Positions 26,009 through 35,165 of a stretch of 38,191 nucleotides of DNA are shown one piece after another. The stretch's first letter is position 1, and each line of letters opens with the position of its first letter. Source of the stretch: a virus (Duplodnaviria; Heunggongvirae; Uroviricota; Caudoviricetes); the IMG/VR virus record IMGVR_UViG_2778261499_000008, positions 1 to 38,191 of that record; one strand, 5' to 3'. Under the pieces are notes generated by a model. That model had not been told where the DNA came from, made no database searches, and saw only the letters and a program-made list of their open reading frames with translations. Made by a program: the position numbers and the translations under genes.

Positions 26009-27781
26009 ATGACCATCACCACAGACACCACTCTTTTACACGACCCGCGTCGTCAGGCGGCGCTGCTGTACTGGCAGGGGTTTTCCGTGCCGCAGATTGC
26101 CGCCATGTTGCAGATGAAACGCCCGACGGTGCAGAGCTGGAAACAGCGCGACGGCTGGGACAGCGTTGCCCCCATCAGCCGTGTCGAAATGAGTCTGGAA
26201 GCGCGGCTGACCCAGCTCATCATCAAACCGCAGAAAACCGGCGGTGACTTCAAGGAAATTGACCTGCTGGGACGCCAGATTGAACGACTGGCACGGGTAA
26301 ACCGCTACAGTCAGACCGGCAACGAGGCAGACCTTAATCCGAACGTCGCTAACCGCAACAAAGGCGGGCGTCGCAAACCGAAAAAGAATTTTTTCAGTGA
26401 CGAGGCCATCGAAAAGCTGGAGCAGATTTTCTTTGAGCAGTCTTTCGACTATCAGTTGCACTGGTATCGCGCCGGGCTTGAGCACCGCATCCGCGATATC
26501 CTGAAATCCCGCCAGATTGGCGCGACGTTTTATTTTTCCCGCGAGGCGCTGCTGCGCGCCCTGAAAACCGGCCATAACCAGATTTTTCTGTCGGCCAGTA
26601 AAACGCAGGCGTATGTGTTCCGCGAATACATCATCGCCTTTGCCCGTCTGGTTGACGTTGACCTGACCGGTGACCCGATTGTCCTGGGCAATAACGGCGC
26701 AAAACTGATTTTTCTCGGCACCAACTCCAACACCGCGCAGAGCCATAACGGCGACCTGTACGTCGACGAGATTTTCTGGATCCCGAATTTTCAGGTACTG
26801 CGTAAGGTGGCATCAGGTATGGCCTCACAGAGTCACCTGCGCTCGACCTATTTCTCCACCCCGTCCACGCTGGCGCACGACGCCTACCCGTTCTGGTCGG
26901 GTGAACTGTTTAACCGGGGACGCGCCAGCGCCGCCGAACGCGTGGAAATCGACGTCAGTCATAACGCCCTTGCCGGTGGGCTTCTCTGTGCGGACGGCCA
27001 GTGGCGGCAGATTGTCACCATTGAGGACGCCCTGAAAGGCGGCTGCACGCTGTTCGACATTGAGCAACTCAAACGTGAAAACAGCGCCGACGATTTTAAA
27101 AACCTGTTCATGTGTGAATTTGTTGACGACAAGGCGTCGGTGTTCCCGTTCGAGGAGCTGCAACGCTGCATGGTCGACACGCTGGAAGAATGGGAAGACT
27201 ATGCTCCGTTTGCCGCCAATCCGTTCGGCTCACGTCCGGTATGGATTGGTTACGACCCGTCACACCGTGGCGACAGCGCCGGATGCGTGGTGCTGGCACC
27301 GCCGGTGGTGGCCGGTGGCAAATTCAGAATACTTGAGCGTCACCAGTGGAAAGGCATGGACTTTGCCACCCAGGCGGAATCCATCCGCAAACTCACCGAA
27401 AAATATAACGTCGAATACATCGGTATTGATGCCACCGGCCTCGGTGTCGGCGTGTTCCAGCTCGTGCGCTCGTTCTATCCCGCCGCGCGCGATATCCGCT
27501 ACACGCCGGAAATGAAAACTGCAATGGTGCTCAAGGCAAAAGACGTTATCCGCCGTGGCTGTCTGGAATATGACGTCAGCGCCACCGACATCACCAGCTC
27601 GTTCATGGCTATCCGCAAGACCATGACCAGCAGCGGACGCAGCGCCACCTATGAGGCCAGCCGCAGCGAGGAAGCCAGCCACGCCGACCTCGCCTGGGCG
27701 ACCATGCACGCCCTGTTAAATGAGCCACTCACCGCCGGTATCAGCACTCCGCTGACATCCACCATTCTGGAGTTTTACTGA
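26009..27781 (+). CDS. P: Terminase ATPase (large) subunit gpP
   Basis: 590-aa product starting MTITTDTTLLHDPRRQAALLYWQGFSVPQIAAML...; GAGG RBS 6 nt upstream of this ATG; ORF-track start at 25979 is an upstream TTG. Confidence 0.9.
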   Translation: MTITTDTTLLHDPRRQAALLYWQGFSVPQIAAMLQMKRPTVQSWKQRDGWDSVAPISRVEMSLEARLTQLIIKPQKTGGDFKEIDLLGRQIERLARVNRYSQTGNEADLNPNVANRNKGGRRKPKKNFFSDEAIEKLEQIFFEQSFDYQLHWYRAGLEHRIRDILKSRQIGATFYFSREALLRALKTGHNQIFLSASKTQAYVFREYIIAFARLVDVDLTGDPIVLGNNGAKLIFLGTNSNTAQSHNGDLYVDEIFWIPNFQVLRKVASGMASQSHLRSTYFSTPSTLAHDAYPFWSGELFNRGRASAAERVEIDVSHNALAGGLLCADGQWRQIVTIEDALKGGCTLFDIEQLKRENSADDFKNLFMCEFVDDKASVFPFEELQRCMVDTLEEWEDYAPFAANPFGSRPVWIGYDPSHRGDSAGCVVLAPPVVAGGKFRILERHQWKGMDFATQAESIRKLTEKYNVEYIGIDATGLGVGVFQLVRSFYPAARDIRYTPEMKTAMVLKAKDVIRRGCLEYDVSATDITSSFMAIRKTMTSSGRSATYEASRSEEASHADLAWATMHALLNEPLTAGISTPLTSTILEFY

Positions 27782-28815
27782 TGAGTAAGAAAAAAGGGAA
27801 AACACCGCGACCTGCGGCAAAAACAATCACCGCCAGCGCCCCGAAAATGGAGGCATTCACCTTTGGTGAGCCGGTGCCGGTACTCGACCGCCGTGACATT
27901 CTGGATTACGTCGAGTGCATCAGTAACGGCAGATGGTATGAGCCGCCGGTCAGCTTTACCGGTCTGGCGAAAAGCCTGCGTGCTGCCGTGCATCACAGCT
28001 CGCCGATTTACGTCAAACGCAATATTCTGGCCTCGACATTTATCCCGCATCCGTGGCTTTCCCAGCAGGATTTCAGCCGCTTTGTGCTGGATTTTCTGGT
28101 GTTCGGTAATGCGTTTCTGGAAAAGCGTTACAGCACCACCGGTAAGGTCATCAGACTGGAAACCTCACCGGCAAAATATACCCGCCGTGGCGTGGAGGAG
28201 GATGTTTACTGGTGGGTGCCGTCCTTCAACGAGCCGACAGCCTTCGCGCCCGGCTCCGTGTTTCACCTGCTGGAGCCGGATATTAATCAGGAGCTGTACG
28301 GCCTGCCGGAATATCTCAGCGCCCTTAACTCTGCCTGGCTGAATGAGTCGGCCACGCTGTTCCGCCGCAAGTATTACGAAAACGGCGCACATGCCGGATA
28401 CATCATGTACGTCACCGATGCCGTGCAGGACCGCAACGATATCGAAATGCTTCGCGAAAACATGGTGAAGTCGAAAGGCCGCAATAACTTTAAAAATCTG
28501 TTTCTCTATGCCCCACAGGGGAAAGCCGACGGCATTAAAATTATCCCGCTCAGTGAAGTGGCAACGAAGGACGATTTTTTTAATATCAAAAAAGCCAGCG
28601 CCGCTGACCTGCTGGACGCGCACCGTATCCCCTTTCAGTTGATGGGCGGCAAGCCGGAGAACGTCGGGTCACTGGGAGATATTGAGAAAGTGGCAAAGGT
28701 CTTTGTCCGCAATGAGCTTATCCCGTTACAGGACAGAATTCGGGAAATAAACGGCTGGCTCGGTCAGGAGGTCATCCGCTTTAAAAACTACTCACTGGAC
28801 ACTGACAACGGTTGA
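27781..28815 (+). CDS. Q: Portal (capsid vertex) protein gpQ
   Basis: 344 aa, P2 gpQ length; start overlaps the P stop. Confidence 0.9.
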   Translation: MSKKKGKTPRPAAKTITASAPKMEAFTFGEPVPVLDRRDILDYVECISNGRWYEPPVSFTGLAKSLRAAVHHSSPIYVKRNILASTFIPHPWLSQQDFSRFVLDFLVFGNAFLEKRYSTTGKVIRLETSPAKYTRRGVEEDVYWWVPSFNEPTAFAPGSVFHLLEPDINQELYGLPEYLSALNSAWLNESATLFRRKYYENGAHAGYIMYVTDAVQDRNDIEMLRENMVKSKGRNNFKNLFLYAPQGKADGIKIIPLSEVATKDDFFNIKKASAADLLDAHRIPFQLMGGKPENVGSLGDIEKVAKVFVRNELIPLQDRIREINGWLGQEVIRFKNYSLDTDNG

Positions 28816-28820
28816 ACATC

Positions 28821-28842
28821 GCCGCCTGCGGGCGGCTTTTTT
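28821..28842 (+). terminator. Rho-independent terminator after Q
   Basis: GCCGCC-TGCG-GGCGGC hairpin followed by TTTTTT, 6 nt after the Q stop codon. Confidence 0.8.
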
Positions 28843-28984
28843 ACACCCCGTCATCACGCCCTCACACGCTCACCACCGCACAAAACACCCCGCAGACACA
28901 CCAACGCCTCAACGGGCAGACTAAGCGCCATTACGACGCGCTGAGACGCTGAAAAAATAAAATCAGCACCACCGCCAGCGCGCA

Positions 28985-29003
28985 GTGCTTTCCCCGCCTC
29001 GCC
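28985..29003. other. cos: cos-like site (candidate 19-nt cohesive end)
   Basis: GTGCTTTCCCCGCCTCGCC is the reverse complement of the P2 cohesive-end sequence GGCGAGGCGGGGAAAGCAC as I recall it; lies about 170 bp beyond Q, as in P2. Confidence 0.7.
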
Positions 29004-29246
29004 CGCCCGCTTCATGGGGCGGTTTTAATGCGGTTGCACAGCCATGTCAAAGCCATGTCAACACTAGCAGTATGTAAAAAGAGCAGATATAAGAAACAAA
29101 TGCAGTTTCATGCAAAAAGCGACACACATCATGTCATGAAACAAAGCCGCTAATGAACACTTGCTTTGGTTATCTTAAGGTTTTATCTTCAGCCTAACCT
29201 ATTGATTGCATGAAACTAAAATGAACTCTCAGCAAGGAACGACTAT

Positions 29247-31205
29247 ATGTCAGATTTCGAAATTAAAATTGATTTGAATGTGCTAAATCACCTAGGGATG
29301 AGTCTCTATTCCAATACTCCCGCGGTACTAACTGAGATTATATCAAATGCATGGGATGCAGATGCTCAAAATGTAGAAATTACACTTGATGTTGAGAAAG
29401 GAGAGGTCATCATTAAAGATGATGGTCATGGCATGTCTAAAGATGACATTATTAATAAGTTCCTAAAAGTCGGTTATGCTCGCAGGGAACATGGAAGAGC
29501 CAAAAGCGATCATCTAAAACGTCAAGTTATGGGCAGAAAAGGTATTGGTAAGCTTGCCATGTTTTCACTTGCCAATAAAATCCAAGTTTATTCGTACAAA
29601 AAGGGGGAACAGCCTCAGGCCTTTGAGGTAGATGTCAAAGATTTACAGCAAAGTATCAAAGAATCAAAAAACTATATTGCTGACTCCCTTGAAATACCCG
29701 AAAATCTTGCTTACGGCACTACAATTAAATTATTTGAACTAAAAAAAGCCATTGATAGGACTCAAACTTACCTCAGAAAGCGAATAGCTCGTCGATTTAG
29801 CATTATTGGCCCCAACCATAACTTTACAGTTAAAATTAATGGGACCGATATTACACCGGCAGATAGAGATTTCCTTTCAGATCTCGAGTTCATTTGGGAA
29901 TTTGGCGAATCCGACCCTGAAAGGATAAAATCCTGCACAAACATCACACAAAAAAACATATTACCAAATACTATTACCTTTGAAGGAAAAGATGTAAAAG
30001 TTAGTGGGTACATTGGCAGTGTAGTTAAGCCATCACAGTTAAAGAAAGACCCTGAAATATCTAACAACAGCATTACTGTAATCTCTCACGGACGTGTTTT
30101 TGAGGAGGACATATTATTAGAATTTGGAAGTGCTAAAGTATTCACCAATTATCTGGTCGGTGAAATAGTCGCCGATTTTCTAGATGATAACGAAAAGCCT
30201 GATATGGCAACATCTTCTCGTCAAAAACTACAACAGAATGATCCAAGATACCCTGTACTTAAAGGTTTTCTGGAAAGAACGCTACAACTAATCGATAAAG
30301 ATTGGGATAAATGGAGACGCGAAAAAGGAGTAAATGAAGTTAAAAGCAATACTCCAATAGTAAGTGAATGGCTGAATTCTCTCAAAAAACATGAGAGAGA
30401 AAGTGCCGAAAAGTTAATTGGACGAGTAAACACATTCCGTTTTTCTGGTAATGAGGAAGAACAAAAAGCAGCAAGAAAAACCGTATTAAAAAATACGGTA
30501 TTAGCCTTTGAAAGACTTAGAATTCAAGACAACCTTGATGCATTAGATAAAATAAGCAACCTTCAATCAGAAAATTTTAAAGATGTATTTGCATCTGTCA
30601 ATGACATTGAAGCAAGCATGTTTTATGAAATTACTTCGCAACGCCTTAAAGTAATTGAAAAATTCCAAAAAATAACTGATGAAAATCAGCTTGAAAGAGC
30701 TGTACAAATGTATTTATATGATCATTTATGGTTATTGGATCCTTCATGGGAAAGAGTCACAGGCACATCTGTTATGGAGCAAACATTGACCAAGGAACTA
30801 AAACAGATAAACCCTGATGCTGCTAGCGGTGCTCGTATTGATATCGCTTTCAAAACCGTTTCTGGCAAGCATGTAATTATTGAGATGAAACGACCTAAAG
30901 TGCACCCAGATATAATGAACCTAGTCGCACAAGGTAATAAATATGTACAGGCAACGACACAATGGTTCTCCAATAACCCTAAAAATTGCCCAGGTGGAAA
31001 TATACCGCATATAGAAGTAATATTCCTGGTTGGCTCTGGATATTTACAAGAGAACCAACACTCTATAAATATGCAATTACTTTCTATCAATGGAAAAATA
31101 TTGACATATAATGACCTAATCGTGCAATCAAAACAAGCCTATGCTGAATATCAAGACAAAAAGAATGATGCAGCTAGAATTATGAAAATAGTTGAGGGAA
31201 TCTAA
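29247..31205 (+). CDS. GHKL-family (MutL/MORC/Hsp90-type) ATPase fused to a C-terminal putative PD-(D/E)xK nuclease-like domain; candidate restriction/defence protein
   Basis: 652 aa. N-terminus has the Bergerat-fold motifs in order: N-box TEIISNAWDADA, G1 box IKDDGHGM, G2 box GRKGIGKLAMF. C-terminus has ARIDIAFKTVSGKHVIIEMKRPK (D ... E-x-K). AAGGAA RBS upstream. AT-rich relative to the phage backbone. Occupies the P2 old/tin position. Confidence 0.7.
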   Translation: MSDFEIKIDLNVLNHLGMSLYSNTPAVLTEIISNAWDADAQNVEITLDVEKGEVIIKDDGHGMSKDDIINKFLKVGYARREHGRAKSDHLKRQVMGRKGIGKLAMFSLANKIQVYSYKKGEQPQAFEVDVKDLQQSIKESKNYIADSLEIPENLAYGTTIKLFELKKAIDRTQTYLRKRIARRFSIIGPNHNFTVKINGTDITPADRDFLSDLEFIWEFGESDPERIKSCTNITQKNILPNTITFEGKDVKVSGYIGSVVKPSQLKKDPEISNNSITVISHGRVFEEDILLEFGSAKVFTNYLVGEIVADFLDDNEKPDMATSSRQKLQQNDPRYPVLKGFLERTLQLIDKDWDKWRREKGVNEVKSNTPIVSEWLNSLKKHERESAEKLIGRVNTFRFSGNEEEQKAARKTVLKNTVLAFERLRIQDNLDALDKISNLQSENFKDVFASVNDIEASMFYEITSQRLKVIEKFQKITDENQLERAVQMYLYDHLWLLDPSWERVTGTSVMEQTLTKELKQINPDAASGARIDIAFKTVSGKHVIIEMKRPKVHPDIMNLVAQGNKYVQATTQWFSNNPKNCPGGNIPHIEVIFLVGSGYLQENQHSINMQLLSINGKILTYNDLIVQSKQAYAEYQDKKNDAARIMKIVEGI

Positions 31206-31209
31206 TTAT

Positions 31210-31233
31210 ACCCCCCTGTTTTTTGACAGGGGG
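31210..31233. terminator. GC-rich hairpin between the convergent ATPase and methyltransferase genes (possible bidirectional terminator)
   Basis: CCCCCTGT-tttttg-ACAGGGGG, 8-bp stem, located in the 40-bp gap between the two stop codons. Confidence 0.5.
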
Positions 31234-31245
31234 ATGACATAAGTT

Positions 31246-32295
31246 TTAAATATTCATTTCTGACAAATGTTTTAAAATAGTTTCACCTACGACCTCACCA
31301 AGCCTAACAGGAACAGCATTACCTATTAAACGCGCAACTGTTCTCATTTCAATTTTTACATCATCAGGCCAAAACTCATACTTTTCTGGGAATGACTGTA
31401 ATAGCGCAGCCTCTCTTAAACTTAATGCTCTATTTTGGACAGGGTGCCCAAAGCGTCCATTCCCATATCCAATACATTGAGTTGTAATTGTCGGTCCAAG
31501 TTTATCCCAACACATTCTCCCATATACAGCAGTATATGTAGAACCACTTTCTTTTGTATGACATTTTGCTCTTAGCTCTTCTGGCCAATCACGCCATGTT
31601 CCACCAGGTTTTGATGCCATTATTCTTTTTATATTAATATCAGATAATGATGCAGAGCGATGTAGTTTATCTCCAGCGTGAACAGCACCGGCACTAATTT
31701 CAGGAAGATTACCGATTATATCTCGCACCGTTTTATAATCATTCTTCTCATGAGTTGGTGGAATTATTTCTATTTCTCCATATTTTGATGCCAATAACAC
31801 TAATCTTGAACGACTTTGTGCCATTCCATAGTCTGGACAAAACACCACCCCATACCAAACAAAATAGCCATCATTTTTAAGAGACTTAATGAAGTCCTTA
31901 AAAACCTTATGATTCACCACTCGGGGAACGTTTTCCATTGTAATAATATCTGGCTTTGCAAATTTAATTTGCTTAGCAAAGCTATAAAGCAAAGACCATC
32001 TTTTATCTTTTGAACGTACTACCCCTAATTTAGCACTATTGGTATAGCTTGAAAAAGGTTGGCATGGGGCACAACCAGCCAAAACTCGAACCTTCGCTCC
32101 TTCGAAATATTTAACTAATTCGCCGTCCTCAATGTCTGTAACACTTTTCTGGACAAAGAGTGATTTATTATTTGTCTCATAGGCAAATCGACAGGCTGCA
32201 TCTATATCATAACCTGCAACTACATTAAGCCCCGACTTCTGAAGACCGTGAGTCAAGCCACCCGCGCCACAGAATAAATCAACAACCTTAATCAA
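31246..32295 (-). CDS. DNA (cytosine-5)-methyltransferase, Dcm-type
   Basis: Motif I DLFCGAGG, motif IV PCQPFS, motif VI ENV, motif VIII QSRSR, motif X GNAVP. Start placed at a TTG preceded by a strong AGGAGG RBS (product begins (M)IKVVDLFCGAGG, 349 aa); the ORF track extends in frame to an ATG at 32397, which I consider less likely. Confidence 0.85.
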   Translation of the reverse strand: MIKVVDLFCGAGGLTHGLQKSGLNVVAGYDIDAACRFAYETNNKSLFVQKSVTDIEDGELVKYFEGAKVRVLAGCAPCQPFSSYTNSAKLGVVRSKDKRWSLLYSFAKQIKFAKPDIITMENVPRVVNHKVFKDFIKSLKNDGYFVWYGVVFCPDYGMAQSRSRLVLLASKYGEIEIIPPTHEKNDYKTVRDIIGNLPEISAGAVHAGDKLHRSASLSDINIKRIMASKPGGTWRDWPEELRAKCHTKESGSTYTAVYGRMCWDKLGPTITTQCIGYGNGRFGHPVQNRALSLREAALLQSFPEKYEFWPDDVKIEMRTVARLIGNAVPVRLGEVVGETILKHLSEMNI

Positions 32296-32406
32296 GATAA
32301 ACCTCCTTCTAATGCTGTGGGGATTGTAGCATTGTTCTTTCTCATCATCGATGTTTACTTGATGCTTGATTTGTGAATACAAAATCAAGCATGTCAATCA
32401 TTATTG
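32296..32406 (-). promoter_or_regulatory. Methyltransferase promoter region with an 11-bp perfect inverted repeat (candidate operator)
   Basis: ATGCTTGATTT-N9-AAATCAAGCAT at about 32362-32392, with a TTGACA -35-like hexamer overlapping one arm on the minus strand, and AGGAGG RBS downstream. Confidence 0.5.
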
Positions 32407-34719
32407 TTAGTTTGTTTCAAATCCCGCCCAACCATCAGAAATCGGATATGAAAACGTTTTCCCATCATAATTTACGGTCGCGCCACGCGCCAGCGCCTCA
32501 AGCTCCCATCGCTGCGGCCTGATACCGTTCTGAGCAAGGTCAACGCGGATACGGGTAATTTGCATTCTTTCCGACCGGGTCAGTCTGGCCGATGGTGCAA
32601 TTTCATGTGGTTTTAACGGGCTTCCGTTTCTTTGCTGACGACTTGGCGTTCTCCGACCGTGTTTTAATGCACCTCTGAGCGCCCTCACGACCTCCGGGTC
32701 ACTCCATTCGATAACACCGTCATCAACCAGATTAAGCACTGCTGCGGCGTGCTCAGAAGGTGTGGGAGCCGGTAACGAAGTATCACCACCGGTGAGTTTT
32801 CCACAGTTATTGACAGGACTCCGAGGCGCGGCGATGCCGCTTTTTAAAGTCAAAGGCTGAACGACCGGAACTTTCGGCACAATGCGCCAGTCCGTCGTTC
32901 TGGTGATATGAATATGACGCGCGCCGAGATGCGGCGCGTAAATGCCGACCACTCTCTCGACCTCTTCCTCGTACTCGTTAACGTCATCCGACGGGCTACG
33001 GGCGACCCTGACAGTCTGACAATCGCGCGGGACATTTGCCCCACCCTGCGCGCTGATATACAGCGCAAAATCGCCACTGTCTGCGGCAGCGCGTGCAGCC
33101 TCGACGCGTTCGTCAAACTCATCAGCAATGCTGACGCCGCGAGGCAATTTGCGTAGTTCACGGTAAGCCCCCATTGTCGGCAGGCCAACCGTTTTAAATT
33201 GCGGAATGCGCCACGTTGACGCCCATGCGGTAACAGCCGCGGCAGTGTCTTTCAGCGGCCTGCCGGTATCGTTATCGAGCTGACCATCCAGTGCATAGCC
33301 GTCGATGTTTTTTGAAATGTATTTCGCGATATATCCCGCAGCACCGCCCCGGTTAAGGTGCTTTGCCTGAAAACGGTTTCGCGCGGCTCCTCTTTCGTCA
33401 CCATCCTCTTTGAGCGCATAGCGACGCATGATTTCGATAATCTGGTTACGCTGGCGTGGATTACAAAAAAGCATCATATGCCAGTGCGGCGTTCCGTCGT
33501 GGTGTGGCTCGACGACACGCAAACCGTAGACCTGTAAATCATTATCCTTGAATGCCGTGCGCATCAGGCTCCAGATGCGGCAGAGATAACGCTGCGCATC
33601 CTTTGGATTAAATGCCTCATCGTTCCAGCCGTGATTTAGCTGGACGGTTTTACTTTCGCCTTTTCCAACCTGACGTGTCGGGTGATACTTTGACGGCGCG
33701 GTGAGCGTGATAAACATCCCCACATCACCCTCTGCTGCGGCGTAACGCTCAATACCAGCAATGGTGTTCATCAGCTCCATCCGGCGAATTTCAGGATTAG
33801 AAATACTGCCCATCACCTTACTGATAAGGTCGATGCGCTCGCCGGTTTCCCTGTTTTCGAGATCACACGATTTAAGAAATTCCAGATTTGCCTGGCGGCG
33901 CGCACGCACATCACGAATGGCGTGTTTACTGGCATAAGGAGAACGGTCTTTATTGACCTCCCCGACAGCTATCAGTAACGCTTCATGCCAGCGCATACGC
34001 TGGCCTTTAAGCTGATGAGTCCACCACTCATCGTTAAACAGACGGGCAATGGCAGAATATGCCTGCCTCGTGGTCATCTGTCCTTTACGGTATTTTTTCC
34101 AGTAGAGAGGGGAAATATTGAAAGCTCGTGCAGCGCCAGCAACATGACCATACAGGTGAGCCTGAGCCTCATCCGTAAACAGTGATTCTTTTTCGCCATG
34201 CGCATCCACCCAGGCATCGCTGAGTTCCTCATACATCATGAAAAGCTGCGATGAGATACGGGCGGCAAACTTTTTCAGCTCCTTGTCATTCATTCCCGGC
34301 AGGCGCGCATAGTGGTCACGCTCTGCCAGAAACAGCAACGACGTGTCGGTGTTCATTTCATGGCGCTGATTCACACGCTCAATGCGCGGCCATAAACGAC
34401 GCTGAAAAGTGGATGTGAGGAAATAAAACCCGTGCACCGGGCTTTTATTGCGCCGGATGTAGTCATAGCGTGAAGTAAACAGCGAGCGCAAAAAGTAAGG
34501 CAGGCGGTTAATCGTGGATAAAACACCTTGCACCTGACGCATCTCGTCACGTGTAAGGGGTCTTTCGCGCCCGACGGCCTCGCGTGGCGCGTTCCATGCA
34601 TAAGCACCGGTCGTCTTACCGGTGCCTGCGGCAAATGCTGACGGAGGGACAAAACGCCCGGAGGCTTTAACGGCCATATGAGCCAAAAGCCTCTGAACAA
34701 CGCTTGCTGAGTTGCTCAA
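32407..34719 (-). CDS. A: Replication initiation protein gpA (rolling-circle initiator/nickase)
   Basis: 770-aa ORF recognisably P2 gpA (…VVEPHHDGTPHWHMMLF… …GYIAKYISKNIDGY…). True start may be a few codons downstream of the ORF-track start (P2 gpA is about 761 aa). Confidence 0.88.
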   Translation of the reverse strand: MSNSASVVQRLLAHMAVKASGRFVPPSAFAAGTGKTTGAYAWNAPREAVGRERPLTRDEMRQVQGVLSTINRLPYFLRSLFTSRYDYIRRNKSPVHGFYFLTSTFQRRLWPRIERVNQRHEMNTDTSLLFLAERDHYARLPGMNDKELKKFAARISSQLFMMYEELSDAWVDAHGEKESLFTDEAQAHLYGHVAGAARAFNISPLYWKKYRKGQMTTRQAYSAIARLFNDEWWTHQLKGQRMRWHEALLIAVGEVNKDRSPYASKHAIRDVRARRQANLEFLKSCDLENRETGERIDLISKVMGSISNPEIRRMELMNTIAGIERYAAAEGDVGMFITLTAPSKYHPTRQVGKGESKTVQLNHGWNDEAFNPKDAQRYLCRIWSLMRTAFKDNDLQVYGLRVVEPHHDGTPHWHMMLFCNPRQRNQIIEIMRRYALKEDGDERGAARNRFQAKHLNRGGAAGYIAKYISKNIDGYALDGQLDNDTGRPLKDTAAAVTAWASTWRIPQFKTVGLPTMGAYRELRKLPRGVSIADEFDERVEAARAAADSGDFALYISAQGGANVPRDCQTVRVARSPSDDVNEYEEEVERVVGIYAPHLGARHIHITRTTDWRIVPKVPVVQPLTLKSGIAAPRSPVNNCGKLTGGDTSLPAPTPSEHAAAVLNLVDDGVIEWSDPEVVRALRGALKHGRRTPSRQQRNGSPLKPHEIAPSARLTRSERMQITRIRVDLAQNGIRPQRWELEALARGATVNYDGKTFSYPISDGWAGFETN

Positions 34720-34942
34720 CCTGCGCGTTTAAATCAGCAAAAGACTTTGCGCTTCCGGTCAGAATATCGTGATGCATCAGGCCGGAAACGAGCTGGCTTA
34801 ATTTCGGGTAATAACCAACCACCGACAGCCATTCCTGACCGGCGTTTTTACCGCTTTCCGCTCTCTTTTTCTCGTGGAGAATAAACTGAAAGCTGTCACT
34901 GGTAACGACATAACGTTCGCCAATTTCAATACGAATACTCAT
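34667..34942 (-). CDS. P2 orf83-like hypothetical protein
   Basis: 91 aa, position between the TraR-like orf82 and A, as in P2; overlaps the A start. Confidence 0.6.
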   Translation of the reverse strand: MSIRIEIGERYVVTSDSFQFILHEKKRAESGKNAGQEWLSVVGYYPKLSQLVSGLMHHDILTGSAKSFADLNAQVEQLSKRCSEAFGSYGR

Positions 34943-35163
34943 GCCGTTCTCCGGTAATGTTTGTTTTTTGCTTCAAAGACTGACTGACAGGAAACACAAC
35001 GCGTGGCTGACGGATAAGCCGCACGACGGGCAGCAGGTATTGGCGCGTCACACTCTTCGCAAACCAGCGCAGAAGCACCGCAATGTTTTACCCTTGCCGC
35101 GTTAATCTGCCGCTCCAGTAATTCAGCCTGTTGTTCCTGAATAAAATCTACGTTGTCCGGCAT
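34939..35163 (-). CDS. TraR/DksA-family C4 zinc-finger protein (P2 orf82-like)
   Basis: 74 aa with C-x2-C ... C-x2-C (CEECDAPIP ... RCVSCQ), characteristic of the phage TraR/DksA zinc-finger family. Confidence 0.75.
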   Translation of the reverse strand: MPDNVDFIQEQQAELLERQINAARVKHCGASALVCEECDAPIPAARRAAYPSATRCVSCQSVFEAKNKHYRRTA

Positions 35164-35165
35164 TA

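Noticed and set aside
32296-32397. ATG at 32397 as the methyltransferase start (383-aa ORF in the track)
   Set aside because: The added 34 residues have no recognisable domain and the ATG sits inside the palindromic promoter element, whereas a TTG preceded by AGGAGG lies immediately before motif I. Kept as an alternative, not excluded.
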